44,424 nucleotides of DNA, from the NCBI GenBank assembly GCA_020722265.1, contig DYLA01000003.1:4698-49121 (forward strand). Reading direction: 5' to 3'. The position numbers and the translations under genes were made by a program. This document shows, one piece after another, positions 30,624 through 40,352 of the stretch. Each line of letters starts with the position of its first letter. The first letter of the stretch is position 1. The notes beneath the pieces were generated by a model. It made no database searches and was not told the DNA's origin. It saw nothing but the letters and a program-made list of their open reading frames with translations. The stretch is from Anaerolinea sp. Lineage in GTDB: Bacteria; Chloroflexota; Anaerolineae; UBA4142.

Positions 30624-33023
30624 CTAGACAGACGCTGGCGGTTTTGCGCTCACCTCAATCTCCACCACCGCGCGCTCGTCCAGCGTCAGTCCGACGGCGA
30701 CGATTCCCTGTCCCACTAGGCGATGCGGCGACACGCGTCCGTCCACGCGCGCAGCGATCACGCGTTGACCTCTCGGAATCGTGAACAGCACCTCCCCGCG
30801 TTGCGCGCCCGATTTTTCCAACTCGACGCGCAATGTCTCCATCATCGAATTCTTCCTTGTCTCTCTGTCCCTTGGCCTCCTTGCGGTTCTTCTCCCGCGT
30901 TCCTCTGCTCCCTTGCTCCCGCGCTCCCGTTCGACCCGCTTGACCTCGACGAGACCTTGCGCGAGGTGAAACGTCGTCGCCAACACATCCACCTGCTCCG
31001 AGACCGCCTTGAAGAGCAGCACGCGCGTCTCGTGGGGCTGATGCCGTTTGATCGTCACGCGCTCGCGCACAACGCCAACGTAGCGCCGATGCCAGTAGTT
31101 GTACACGTGATACTCACGCGCCGGGTCAAGTCCCAGCGTCTCCAGCGCGATCTCCGTCGTAGTCGTCTGGTCGTCCCAATTGATCGCGCCGACGACGAGC
31201 CACTCGCCCCAAGGGGCTGCGATGGGCAGCGCGAACAGGCGCGGCAGTTCGTTCTCGAACAGGTCGAGCGGACGCGCGGCGATGTTCGTCGGCGGAAGGA
31301 TTTGCTTGAGGTATTTCAATCGCCCGCGCCGGATGGAAGGCAAATTGTCGGACGAAAGCGTCGCACCGCCGCACAAACCGATCATCGAAACCATCGTCCG
31401 CATTTCGTTCAAGACGAGATCGCTCTCGTCGTCGCGGCGGCGGACGAGGGCGCAGTCCGGGTCGTTGTGCCAGAGGCGATTGTGCATAAACGCGCGCGCC
31501 AGCGTGTTCCGCATCGCGTATGCCGTCGCCGGCGCGGTGAGGTCGCCGCGAAAAATCGGCTCCCAGGTGATCGCTACGTCGGGACCGATGCGCATCGCGT
31601 CCACGCAGCCGACGCTGGGACCGAGCGGCGCGCCGCAGCCGAGTATCGTCTTGGTTCCGACAGTCTCGCGAATGATGGCGAGGCCGCGCCGCACCGCTTG
31701 GGCGCGCGTCATCGTCGGATCGTGGCGCACGCCGGGCGCGGCGGCGGTGTAGAGAAAATCGAGTTTGAAGAACGCGTACCCCCAGTCGTCGCTCAACGTG
31801 CGGAATGTTTCGCGCAGCCACTCGTGCACGTCCGTGCGCGAGAGATCGAGTGAAAAGCACTGGTCGCCCCAGTGCAGCCACGCGCCGACCGGCGCGCCAG
31901 TTTCGTCGCGCAGCAAAAATTCCGGATGCTCGCGCGCGAGTCGCGAGTTCTCGTTCGCCGCGAACGGCGCGACCCAGAGGCCGGGCACGAACCCGGCGCG
32001 GCGAATCTCATCGGCGAGCCATTTCATCCCACGCGGAAATCGGTCCGCGCGGACGCTCGTCCAATCGCCGTCGGAAGTTTGATAGCCATCGTCAATCACG
32101 ATGACGCCGAGCGGCAACCGCTCCGCGCGGATGCGCTCGAGGTTCGCCATCACATCGCGTTCGGTGTTCTCGCCGAAGAAATAGTACCACGTGCACCAGC
32201 CGGTCAGCGGCGCCGCCGGCACGCGCGCGCCCATCGCCTCGCCGAGACGCGCGGCGTAGCGCTCCAACAAGGCGAGCCCGTCGCCGCACGCGATCAGCAA
32301 ACGTTCCGACGCGAGCCGCGCGCCCGGCTCGACGCGCACGCCGTCCGCGTGACTGATCGCGTCGAGCCGCGCGAACGCATCACCCGCGAGTTGCAGCCGG
32401 ATTTCGCCGAGTTGATCGGCGGCAGTGACAAAGCCCAAGAGCAGCCCGCCATCCGCCGGCCGATGCGCGCGGCTGGTCAACACAGAAAACCACTCGCTGC
32501 TCAACGTCTTGGGGACCGCTGGAATCGCGTGGGGCTGATGTTTGTAACGATACTCATCGGTCGCGGGATCGGTGTGGATGCCGTCGCCGCAGTCGCGCAC
32601 AAAAGTCGCCGACCACGACTGCCAGCCGTTCTGGAAGAATCGCCATGCGCGCGCCGGCGCGCCTAGTTCGACGCGTGCGCCGGACGCGGCATCGAGCGCG
32701 AGGACGCGCAGTTCGTCCACGCGAATCGGCTCGCGGTGGCGATTGATGATTTCGAGCCACGCGTACGTTTCGTCGCCCAAGCGCGCGGTCCACGCTAGTT
32801 CGACGTTGCCATCGTCGCGACGAAGCGTGACCCAATCGTCCGCCACGGCATACGCCACCGCGTCGCCGGCGAGGGTGAGGTGATGCACGTTGCCGCGCGC
32901 GTCCCGGTACGTTGCCGCCGCGCTCGCGTGCTGGAGAATCGCCTGCGCGCGAAAAACCCAATCGAACGTGCCGCGCGCGGGATGGAGGATGAGCCGATCG
33001 CGGAAGTAGATTTCGTCGGTCAT
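30624..33023 (-). CDS. GH36-like alpha-galactosidase family protein with Arg/Glu-rich insertion near the C-terminus
   Basis: ATG at 33023 overlaps the SBP stop (ATGA). 'GWCTWYYFF', 'VIVIDDGYQ', 'FFKLDFLY' (nucleophile region) and 'WHNDPDCAL'. The upstream part of ORF 30624-33392 overlaps the SBP gene. Confidence 0.75.
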   Translation of the reverse strand: MTDEIYFRDRLILHPARGTFDWVFRAQAILQHASAAATYRDARGNVHHLTLAGDAVAYAVADDWVTLRRDDGNVELAWTARLGDETYAWLEIINRHREPIRVDELRVLALDAASGARVELGAPARAWRFFQNGWQSWSATFVRDCGDGIHTDPATDEYRYKHQPHAIPAVPKTLSSEWFSVLTSRAHRPADGGLLLGFVTAADQLGEIRLQLAGDAFARLDAISHADGVRVEPGARLASERLLIACGDGLALLERYAARLGEAMGARVPAAPLTGWCTWYYFFGENTERDVMANLERIRAERLPLGVIVIDDGYQTSDGDWTSVRADRFPRGMKWLADEIRRAGFVPGLWVAPFAANENSRLAREHPEFLLRDETGAPVGAWLHWGDQCFSLDLSRTDVHEWLRETFRTLSDDWGYAFFKLDFLYTAAAPGVRHDPTMTRAQAVRRGLAIIRETVGTKTILGCGAPLGPSVGCVDAMRIGPDVAITWEPIFRGDLTAPATAYAMRNTLARAFMHNRLWHNDPDCALVRRRDDESDLVLNEMRTMVSMIGLCGGATLSSDNLPSIRRGRLKYLKQILPPTNIAARPLDLFENELPRLFALPIAAPWGEWLVVGAINWDDQTTTTEIALETLGLDPAREYHVYNYWHRRYVGVVRERVTIKRHQPHETRVLLFKAVSEQVDVLATTFHLAQGLVEVKRVERERGSKGAEERGRRTARRPRDRETRKNSMMETLRVELEKSGAQRGEVLFTIPRGQRVIAARVDGRVSPHRLVGQGIVAVGLTLDERAVVEIEVSAKPPASV

Positions 33024-34645
33024 GGTTTCACCCGCCATTCGTTCACATTCCAAAAATCGCCGGCGAACGGGCTGGGTGCAAGACCCAGCACGCGCGCGCG
33101 CGCGACGAGGTATTTTTTGGGTGCGAGGAGGAAGACCGCTGGTGGATCCACGACAAGGGTGCGCTGAATTTCTCCAAAGAGCGCGGCGCGTCGCTCCGGC
33201 GCGCAGGCAGGCGCGCGCAGCGAATCGGCGAACCAGCCGTCCACGGGCGCGTTGGCGTAAGACCCAAAGTTGAATCCGCTTCCCTTGGCGTTTTGATCCG
33301 ATTGCCAGTACCAGCGCTGGTCTGGGTCGAGCGGAAGTTTGCGCGTGATGAGCAACAAATCGAAACGATGTTGGAACGCGCGCGTCATCCAACCGGCGCG
33401 GTCGCCCAGTTCGAGTTCGACGGGAACGCCGAGCGCGGCATACTGCTCGCGGATTCGGAACGCGAGCGGTTCGAGCAGGGGGTCATCTGCTTCCGTCCAC
33501 AATTCGAGTCGGAGCGGCTTGCCGTTCTTTTTGACGACGCCGTCGCCGTCGTCGCGCCAGCCAGCCTCGGCAAGGAGTTGTCGCGCGCGCGCGATGTCGA
33601 ACGTAAAACGCGGCAGGTCGGTGGGATGCGCCCAATAACCCGGCAGCGCGCTGGCGTCGAGCAGGATACCTTGCCCGGCGATGTCGTTCAACAACGTGGT
33701 GCGGTCGAGTGCGTAGTTCAAGGCGTGGCGCACACGTGGGTCGTTGAGCGTCGGCGTATCTACGTTGAACAGCAGCGCGATGATTTGGTTCGAAGCGGCG
33801 GCGGCGATGTTCGCGTGGGCGAGTTTTTCGAGGGCGGCGTCATCGCCGGGCGCGGCGGTGAACGCGTCGATCTCGCCGGCGCCGAACGCGTCGCGCAGCG
33901 CGCGCGTGTCGGCAAAGAGGCGAATCGTCCACGTTTCGATGTGCGGCGCGCCGGCAAAGTACTCGGCGTTGCGCGCCAGGACGATTTCGGTACGCTCGCG
34001 CGAAACGAACTTGAGTGCGCCGGTGCCGATCATCTGCGCGGGGGTGAGGCGCGGGAAATTCGCGCTCGTCGCGATCGCGCGCGGCAGAATCTTGAGTGTG
34101 CCGATGCTCGTGAGCGCGGGGCAGTAGGGACTGCTGAAGACGATTTGCACGGTTTGCGCGTCCAGCGCGGCGGCGCGCGCCAGCGGGCCGAAATCGGTGA
34201 CCGGCGTGCCGCGAAAGTTCGGGCTGGCGAACGCCTGGATCGTCGCGACCACGTCGTCGGCGGTGAGCGGCGCGCCGTCGTGCCAACGCGCCTCCGCGCG
34301 CAATCGAAACGTGATCGTCGTGGCGTCGTCCGAGACGGTGTACTTGTCTGCCAGCGACGGGATGAGCGCGCCGGTCGTCGCGTCCACTCGCAGCAGCGAA
34401 TCGAAGACTGTGTCCTGCACGATGGCTGGCATCACGTTCAGTTCGAGATTCGTATCGCCGATGACGCCGATGACGAGGCTGCCTCCTTCGGGCAGATCGG
34501 CGGGGAGGGGGGTGGAGGTGGCGGGCGCGTGGGCCGCGCGTGTCGCTGTCACGCGCGGCGTCGCGGTCGCGTCGGCGGTGGGGATGGGGAGGGGAGCGCA
34601 GGCAGCGAGCGCGCCAAGCACGCCAAGGAGAAAGAATCTACGCAT
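33020..34645 (-). CDS. ABC transporter substrate-binding lipoprotein (family 5, peptide/oligosaccharide type)
   Basis: 'LGALAAC' lipobox. Size and motifs ('FRLRAEARWHDG', 'LELWTEADDP') are typical of SBP_bac_5. Confidence 0.8.
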   Translation of the reverse strand: MRRFFLLGVLGALAACAPLPIPTADATATPRVTATRAAHAPATSTPLPADLPEGGSLVIGVIGDTNLELNVMPAIVQDTVFDSLLRVDATTGALIPSLADKYTVSDDATTITFRLRAEARWHDGAPLTADDVVATIQAFASPNFRGTPVTDFGPLARAAALDAQTVQIVFSSPYCPALTSIGTLKILPRAIATSANFPRLTPAQMIGTGALKFVSRERTEIVLARNAEYFAGAPHIETWTIRLFADTRALRDAFGAGEIDAFTAAPGDDAALEKLAHANIAAAASNQIIALLFNVDTPTLNDPRVRHALNYALDRTTLLNDIAGQGILLDASALPGYWAHPTDLPRFTFDIARARQLLAEAGWRDDGDGVVKKNGKPLRLELWTEADDPLLEPLAFRIREQYAALGVPVELELGDRAGWMTRAFQHRFDLLLITRKLPLDPDQRWYWQSDQNAKGSGFNFGSYANAPVDGWFADSLRAPACAPERRAALFGEIQRTLVVDPPAVFLLAPKKYLVARARVLGLAPSPFAGDFWNVNEWRVKP

Positions 34646-34751
34646 CGGCGGTGCATCCTAGGAGGTGATAGAACCAATTGTGCATTTACTCTGCTCCCGC
34701 GCTTTTTCTCTGCAAAGAGTTATGCATAAGTCAACGTTGGTGCCTCAAGGT

Positions 34752-37031
34752 TTACGGCTCGACGCGCATCTGCGCGATGGTGTGCAGAGAATCGAACCCT
34801 ACGGCTAGGGTGTACTCTCCCGCGCGCAAATCGCTTGCCAAACGTAGATCGTAGTACGCCTTGAGGATTTCGCCCTGTTTCCACTCGCGCGTGGGATAGA
34901 ACGCGAGGGGTGCGCGTGTCCAGGTTTGTGCGGGACTGCCCGTTGAATCGTGCAGCGCGAAGGTGAGCGCGTGGTCCACGCCGACATCGCCGCGCGCAAA
35001 GAACACCAGACTTCCGCCGATATGTTCCCCCGCGCGCGCGGCGCCCTCGAATCCGCCATAGCCCCACAATTCGATGGTATCGTTCAAGGCGAGTGTCAAC
35101 GGATGCGCGGCGAACACCTGATCGCGCGTGAGTTTCGTCGCGCGTTCGACTGCGAAGGACGCGAGCGCGATTTCGTCACTCGTCGGCGATTGGGTTTGCG
35201 CATCCAGCGTTTGCATCGTAAGACGATACGCGCCCGGCGGCGTTCCCGCCGGAATCAGGATGTTGTGAACGTCGCTCACATACTCGCCGCGCGCCCAACG
35301 CGAGGCGGCAAACAGTCCGCGTACGGGCGGCTCGTCTTTTTGTGCGATCACGCGCGTCTCGGGGTCGTAGAGCCGTACGCGCACGAGAAAATCGGGGACG
35401 CGACCCTCCGCGCGCCAGGTGAGTGCGACGCGCGCGGTGCGATTCGGCGCGAGGTGTGTCGTTGGCGCGTACGGTTCGAGCGCGGTCGTGACGCCGAAAT
35501 CGGCGAGGGTGAGCATCGTCTGGAGCGCGATGTTCTTCGGCGCGGCAGGGGGTCGCAGTTGCGGCGCGTCGCGCACTTCGAGGAGTGGCCCCAACTGCGT
35601 GTACCGGTAATCGCCAATCGGCGGTGCGACGCCCGGCGCGAGGAAAATCGCGCGCCCATCGGCAAACGCGGCGCGTGCTGCCTCCGTTTGTGGTGTGGGG
35701 TCGTACAGTGTGCCGACGGCGCGCAAATCGGGACGGCGTTGCTCGACACGTTGCAGATACCGCAGCGCGTTCAACTGCCCCCAGTTTCCAACAATCGTCG
35801 CATTGGGCGGAATCGGCCAAGTGAAGATCTCGTCCCAGGTTTTGCGCACGCGGTCGAATGCGCTCCAATCCGCCGCGCGCCAGCGCGCCGGCAAAGGCAA
35901 CAAAATGAGTAAGACGAGTATGAGCGCAAGACTCAAGCGCAGCGATTCGCCGATTTGTGCGATGGAGGCGTCCGCCGATTCGCTCCACAGACCAAGGGTG
36001 TCTTCGATGGACTGGATTCCCAAGGCGAACCAGTAAATCAAGAATGCAAACGGTAACACGAGATAGCGATCGGGTTCGCCGGCGTACAGCGTGCCCCAGA
36101 CGGAGTAGAGCAGCGTTGCCGTGCCGAGAAACAGCGCGGTCCGATTTTCGACCGGCGATTTTCGATGCGCCAGCGCGGACAGTGTGCCGATAGCCATCAG
36201 CGCGCCGCCCAGCACACCCAACGATGCGTTGAGATACTGGGCGACAGTGGCGATACCTTCGAGGATTTGCGGTGGTGTCAATCGTAAATAATCGCCGGCA
36301 TCGCCGCCGGAAATTTGCGCGAGAAAACCTTCGAGTGTGTTCGAGTACCAGGGCGATTGGTTGCCGAAAATCGGCAGATAGAGGTAGAGTGCCAGCGGCA
36401 GTGCGGCGGCAAGCACGACGCGCACCAGTTCGCGCGGTCGGCGCAGCAGGTTGGGCTCATCGAGCCAAACGAGTAGCGCGAGGGGTAACGCGAACAGCAG
36501 CGTCGTCCGATGGTGGGCAAGCCCCAGTCCGAACAGAAACGCGACGATGGTCAGCGGCGCGCGATGGGTGTGCCACCCCAGCATCGCGTACAGAATTGCA
36601 TTGAGGAGCAAGAGGTGCAGCGGTCCAATCGAGGCGACGCCGGCTTGCCGCCACACCGCCACGTTCGTTGCGAAGAGCGCAGTGGTTGCCACCGCTGCGA
36701 GAGGGCGACGCGTCAATGCTTGGGCGTTGAGGTACACCAGCGCGGCTGCGCCCGCGGTGATGAGCGCGGAGAGTAGGTTCATTCGATACGCGATGTCGCC
36801 CAACGGAACAAGTGTCGAAAAGATTTTGCCCAGCAGGAGATAGAGCGGATAGCCGGTCGCGTGCGCGATGCCGAGCGTGTACGCGACGTGCTGGAACTCT
36901 TCGCTATCGAACGCACCGCCGAGGGTGGGGCAAGCGGTGCGCGTGTAGAGCGCGAAGGTCGCGAGGAAAACAAAGAGGGGAAGGAGCCGCGGCGTCTGAA
37001 GCGGCATGTGGGAAGCGTGGTGCGTGGTCAT
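34752..37031 (-). CDS. DUF2723 / TMEM260-like GT-C fold membrane glycosyltransferase
   Basis: 'TACPTLGGAFDSEEFQHVAYTLGIAHATGYPLYLLLGKIF' N-terminal signature, ~11 TM segments, and a large C-terminal soluble domain. ATGA overlap with the arsA-like stop. Confidence 0.75.
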   Translation of the reverse strand: MTTHHASHMPLQTPRLLPLFVFLATFALYTRTACPTLGGAFDSEEFQHVAYTLGIAHATGYPLYLLLGKIFSTLVPLGDIAYRMNLLSALITAGAAALVYLNAQALTRRPLAAVATTALFATNVAVWRQAGVASIGPLHLLLLNAILYAMLGWHTHRAPLTIVAFLFGLGLAHHRTTLLFALPLALLVWLDEPNLLRRPRELVRVVLAAALPLALYLYLPIFGNQSPWYSNTLEGFLAQISGGDAGDYLRLTPPQILEGIATVAQYLNASLGVLGGALMAIGTLSALAHRKSPVENRTALFLGTATLLYSVWGTLYAGEPDRYLVLPFAFLIYWFALGIQSIEDTLGLWSESADASIAQIGESLRLSLALILVLLILLPLPARWRAADWSAFDRVRKTWDEIFTWPIPPNATIVGNWGQLNALRYLQRVEQRRPDLRAVGTLYDPTPQTEAARAAFADGRAIFLAPGVAPPIGDYRYTQLGPLLEVRDAPQLRPPAAPKNIALQTMLTLADFGVTTALEPYAPTTHLAPNRTARVALTWRAEGRVPDFLVRVRLYDPETRVIAQKDEPPVRGLFAASRWARGEYVSDVHNILIPAGTPPGAYRLTMQTLDAQTQSPTSDEIALASFAVERATKLTRDQVFAAHPLTLALNDTIELWGYGGFEGAARAGEHIGGSLVFFARGDVGVDHALTFALHDSTGSPAQTWTRAPLAFYPTREWKQGEILKAYYDLRLASDLRAGEYTLAVGFDSLHTIAQMRVEP

Positions 37032-38212
37032 CCGATTGTCTTGGTCTCGGTATCGGCAAAAGTCAGGATGAGCGTGTCGCCGTCGAACTTGGCTTGTTGC
37101 ACTGGGCGCCCCGCCAGCACGCGCGGCAAGATGATGTTGCGGCGAAAATTGCCGAGGCTGATCGCAAGTTCGTCCCCACTGCGCGCGAGACGGAGGTCCT
37201 GCTTGCTGATAAAAGGGAGTCGCAATTTGAGCCGGTAACCCGTCTCCGCTTTTTCGAACACCTGCGGCTGACCAGCGTAGAAAATCTTGGTCGGGTCACC
37301 TTCGCCATAGACCGCGCGTGCCATCTGGCGCAGCATCTCCGCGCCGACGACTTCACGATCCATCAACGGCACCTGGAAAATCGGCAGCGGCGCGAACGCT
37401 TCTTCGACGAGTTGTCCATAGCGCGCCTGCGAGCCTTTCCACGCATCAAAGTACTGATCGCCTACCGATGCCGGAATGATGCGATTCGAAATGATCAGGT
37501 CTGTCGAATAGCCATAGAGATTGAGATAGGTGTACGTTCGCTGCGCCTCTTTGATCACCATCTTCTCCGGGTTCAAGACGAGACGCACCGAGGATTTGTC
37601 TTTTTCGGTGAGGATCTGGCGCATCCGATCCAACTGCACGATCAGATCTTTGATCGAGGCGAACACCGCGTCATCCGGGATTGGCAAATTGGTGAGACTT
37701 TTGATGAGCGGTCCCGCGAGTCTCGCGGTCTGGCGTTCAATCGGAAAGATGTGCGAGAGATACCACTCGGCAACTTCGGGGAGGGAGAGGAGCCGCAGCG
37801 TTGCGCCAGTCGGCGCGCAGTCTACGACGATGACAGCGTACTCGCCACTGTCGTGCAGAGAGACGATTTGCAAGAGACTGGCGAGTTCGTCCATGCCCGG
37901 CAGTACACTCGCCTCGTCCGCGATCAAGTCGTCCATCCCGCGCCAGGACAACACCGACGACATCCATTCTTGCACCGTGCCCCAGTATTTTTCCATCTGG
38001 TGCAGCACGTCAATCTCTTGCGCGCACAAGCGCGGCGCGATCTCGACCGGCTCGTTGCCGATGGTCACGTCGAACGAGTCGGCGAGCGAGTGCGCCGCGT
38101 CCGTGCTGACGACGATGGTGCGATAGCCGAGGTCGGCGCAGCGCAGCGCGGTGGCTGCCGCGAGGCTCGTTTTGCCGACGCCCCCTTTGCCGGTGTAGAG
38201 CAGAATTCGCAT
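37028..38212 (-). CDS. ArsA/GET3-family ATPase with C-terminal HSP20-like domain
   Basis: ATG at 38212 with GGAGG upstream. 'GKGGVGKT' P-loop, 'VSTDAAHSL', 'DCAPTGATLRLL', and a C-terminal 'YRLKLRLPFISKQDLRLARSGDELAISLGNFRRNIILP'. Confidence 0.85.
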   Translation of the reverse strand: MRILLYTGKGGVGKTSLAAATALRCADLGYRTIVVSTDAAHSLADSFDVTIGNEPVEIAPRLCAQEIDVLHQMEKYWGTVQEWMSSVLSWRGMDDLIADEASVLPGMDELASLLQIVSLHDSGEYAVIVVDCAPTGATLRLLSLPEVAEWYLSHIFPIERQTARLAGPLIKSLTNLPIPDDAVFASIKDLIVQLDRMRQILTEKDKSSVRLVLNPEKMVIKEAQRTYTYLNLYGYSTDLIISNRIIPASVGDQYFDAWKGSQARYGQLVEEAFAPLPIFQVPLMDREVVGAEMLRQMARAVYGEGDPTKIFYAGQPQVFEKAETGYRLKLRLPFISKQDLRLARSGDELAISLGNFRRNIILPRVLAGRPVQQAKFDGDTLILTFADTETKTIG

Positions 38213-38228
38213 AACGCCTCCGAGAGAC

Positions 38229-38256
38229 ATTATAGCCCCCGCAGGCGCATTGTCAA
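38229..38256 (-). promoter_or_regulatory. Consensus sigma70 promoter of the arsA-like / DUF2723 unit
   Basis: Minus strand reads TTGACA, 16-nt spacer, TATAAT (both hexamers perfect). Lies 16 nt upstream of ATG 38212. Confidence 0.65.
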
Positions 38257-38275
38257 AACGATTGCCAACGCTGGA

Positions 38276-40348
38276 TCAGCGCTCCGCGAGTAACCGCCGC
38301 GCCAGCCGCACCGCGCCGGCGACTGGCGCGTGGACGAGTGCGGGCGCGAAGCGATAGCCGCGCGCGCGCGCCGATTCGAGCACGCGCGCGCGCAGCGACG
38401 CGGTTTCGAGCAGCAAGCCGCCGGTCAGCGCGAGTGGAATTTCCGTCGCCGCGTCGAATTGCAGTTTGCGTGCGACGGCGACGATCAGCGTCGCGAGCGC
38501 ATCGGCAGCGTCCGCGACGATTTTCTGCGCGACGGGGTCGCCAGCGTGCGCGGCATCCATCACGACGGGCGCGAGGCGTGCGAAATCAGCAGGCGTGAGG
38601 CCGGTGCGATACACGCGTGCGACGAGTTCGGATGGCTCGCGCAGATTCCAGAAATCGAGGCTCGCGCGCAAGAGCCGCGTCGCGTCGCCGCGCCCATCGG
38701 CGGCTTGGGTTGCCGCGTGGAGCGCTTGGCACGCCAGCCAATACGCGCTTCCTTCGTCGCCGATGAGATAGCCCCAGCCGCCCGCGCGCGTCGTGCGTCC
38801 ATCCGGCGCGCGCCCCCACGCGCTTGACCCGGTGCCGGCAATGAGCGCGACGCCCCAATTCTCAGGCGTCCCCGCCGCGAGGACGGTCAAGCCGTCATTG
38901 ATGATTTCGACGCGCGGCGCGATCTGCTCGCGCGCCCATTCGGTGAGGAGGTGGCGTTCGTCCGGCCGGTCTGCGCCGGCGAGGCCAAGGCACGCGGCTG
39001 CCACGCGTGTCCTTTCGAGGTGCGCCGCGTCGAACGCGTTTTGAATCGCGGTGAGGAGGTTCGCTTGCGCGGCGGCAAACCCAATGCCTTGCGGATTCGA
39101 CGCGCCTGCCTCGCCCTCGCCCAAAGTGTCGCCGTGCCAGTTCGCCAGACGGGCGCGCGTGCGCGTCCCTCCGCCGTCAATCCCAAGCACGAGCGCGGAC
39201 GTCGGTCGCGCGATCGGCGCGCTCGGTTTGCCGTCGAGCGCGTCGCGAACCGCGCGATGAAACGCGACTCGAAACGCCATCATCGCGTCCGCGTGCTCGC
39301 GTCCATAGTAGACCCGATTCGTCAGACACGCGACGACGAGTTCGCGCGCCGGGTCAACCCAGAGCGACGTGCCGGTAAAGCCGGTGTGCCCAAAAGTTTC
39401 TTCGCTCAAGGGATGACTGCTCGCGTCCGGGTCGGCTGACCAAAGCAGAAAGCCGATGCCGCGCCGGGTCGCGCTCTCCTGTGCCTGCACGCGCGTCATC
39501 TCCGTGAGCGTTTCGCGTTTCAACAAACGCGATGTTCGCAGCGCTTCGCCGAACGCGGCGAGATCGCGCGCCGTGCCGAACAAGCCGGCATGTCCCGCGA
39601 CTCCGCCGAGCGACCACGCGTTTTCGTCGTGCACCTCGCCGCACATCCGGCGATGCTGGTGCGCGTAGAATTCCGTCGGCGCGACGTTGTCGGGCGCAAT
39701 CGGGCCATAGCCAATGGACTCTAAACCGAGTGGCGCGGTGACGCGTTCGCGCACGATGGCGTCAAGCGGTTGGCAGGCGATTTTCTCTAACGCAAACCCG
39801 ACGAGAATCAGACCGATGTCGCTGTAAACGACGCGCGTGCCGGTGGGGTAAGCGAACGCGGTGTTCAGCACGGCGTCGCGGCGCTGCTCACGCGCGGCAA
39901 TCTTCCACAGCGGCAGCCACGCCGGCAGCCCCGCGTTGTGCGCAAGGAGATGGCGGAATGTGACGCGGCTCGCCTCCGCGCGTGGAGGGGTCGTCGAGAC
40001 CACTTGGACAAATTGACCCGGATGGAGCGGATCGGGATACGGCTCGATGGGGCGCGCGCCGGTGAATGGCGGCAGAATTTCGCAGACCGGCTGGTCGAGC
40101 GCGACGCGTCCTTGCTCCACAAAGGTCATGAACGCGGTGACGGTGAAAAGTTTGGAGACGGAGGCGAAATCGAAACGCGTGTCGTGTTGCGTGGGACGCG
40201 CGCGCGTGTCCGGGTCGAGATAGCCGAACGCGTTTTCGTACACCACCTCGCCGCGCGCGCGAATCGCGATTTGCGCGGCGGGGAACGTTTTGCCCAGATG
40301 CCCGCCCATCAGAGCATCAATTTCCGAAAAGTTCAGTTCACGCTTCAC
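38276..40348 (-). CDS. Fusion protein: N-terminal serine hydrolase (beta-lactamase/PBP fold) plus C-terminal BadF/BadG/BcrA/BcrD-type (N-acetylglucosamine kinase-like) ATPase
   Basis: GTG start at 40348. 'FDFASVSKLFT' (SxxK), 'YSD' and 'HTGFTG' in the first ~370 aa. 'LGIDGGGTRTRARL', 'AGTGSSAWG' and 'WGYLIGDEGSAYW' in the last ~300 aa. Confidence 0.75.
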   Translation of the reverse strand: MKRELNFSEIDALMGGHLGKTFPAAQIAIRARGEVVYENAFGYLDPDTRARPTQHDTRFDFASVSKLFTVTAFMTFVEQGRVALDQPVCEILPPFTGARPIEPYPDPLHPGQFVQVVSTTPPRAEASRVTFRHLLAHNAGLPAWLPLWKIAAREQRRDAVLNTAFAYPTGTRVVYSDIGLILVGFALEKIACQPLDAIVRERVTAPLGLESIGYGPIAPDNVAPTEFYAHQHRRMCGEVHDENAWSLGGVAGHAGLFGTARDLAAFGEALRTSRLLKRETLTEMTRVQAQESATRRGIGFLLWSADPDASSHPLSEETFGHTGFTGTSLWVDPARELVVACLTNRVYYGREHADAMMAFRVAFHRAVRDALDGKPSAPIARPTSALVLGIDGGGTRTRARLANWHGDTLGEGEAGASNPQGIGFAAAQANLLTAIQNAFDAAHLERTRVAAACLGLAGADRPDERHLLTEWAREQIAPRVEIINDGLTVLAAGTPENWGVALIAGTGSSAWGRAPDGRTTRAGGWGYLIGDEGSAYWLACQALHAATQAADGRGDATRLLRASLDFWNLREPSELVARVYRTGLTPADFARLAPVVMDAAHAGDPVAQKIVADAADALATLIVAVARKLQFDAATEIPLALTGGLLLETASLRARVLESARARGYRFAPALVHAPVAGAVRLARRLLAER

Positions 40349-40352
40349 GCTT

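Noticed and set aside
34720-34729. Perfect palindromes TTATGCATAA (34720-34729) and GAATGGCCATTC (43126-43137) as operators
   Set aside because: 10-12-bp perfect palindromes are expected many times by chance in 44 kb. Neither is repeated or positioned over a recognisable promoter.
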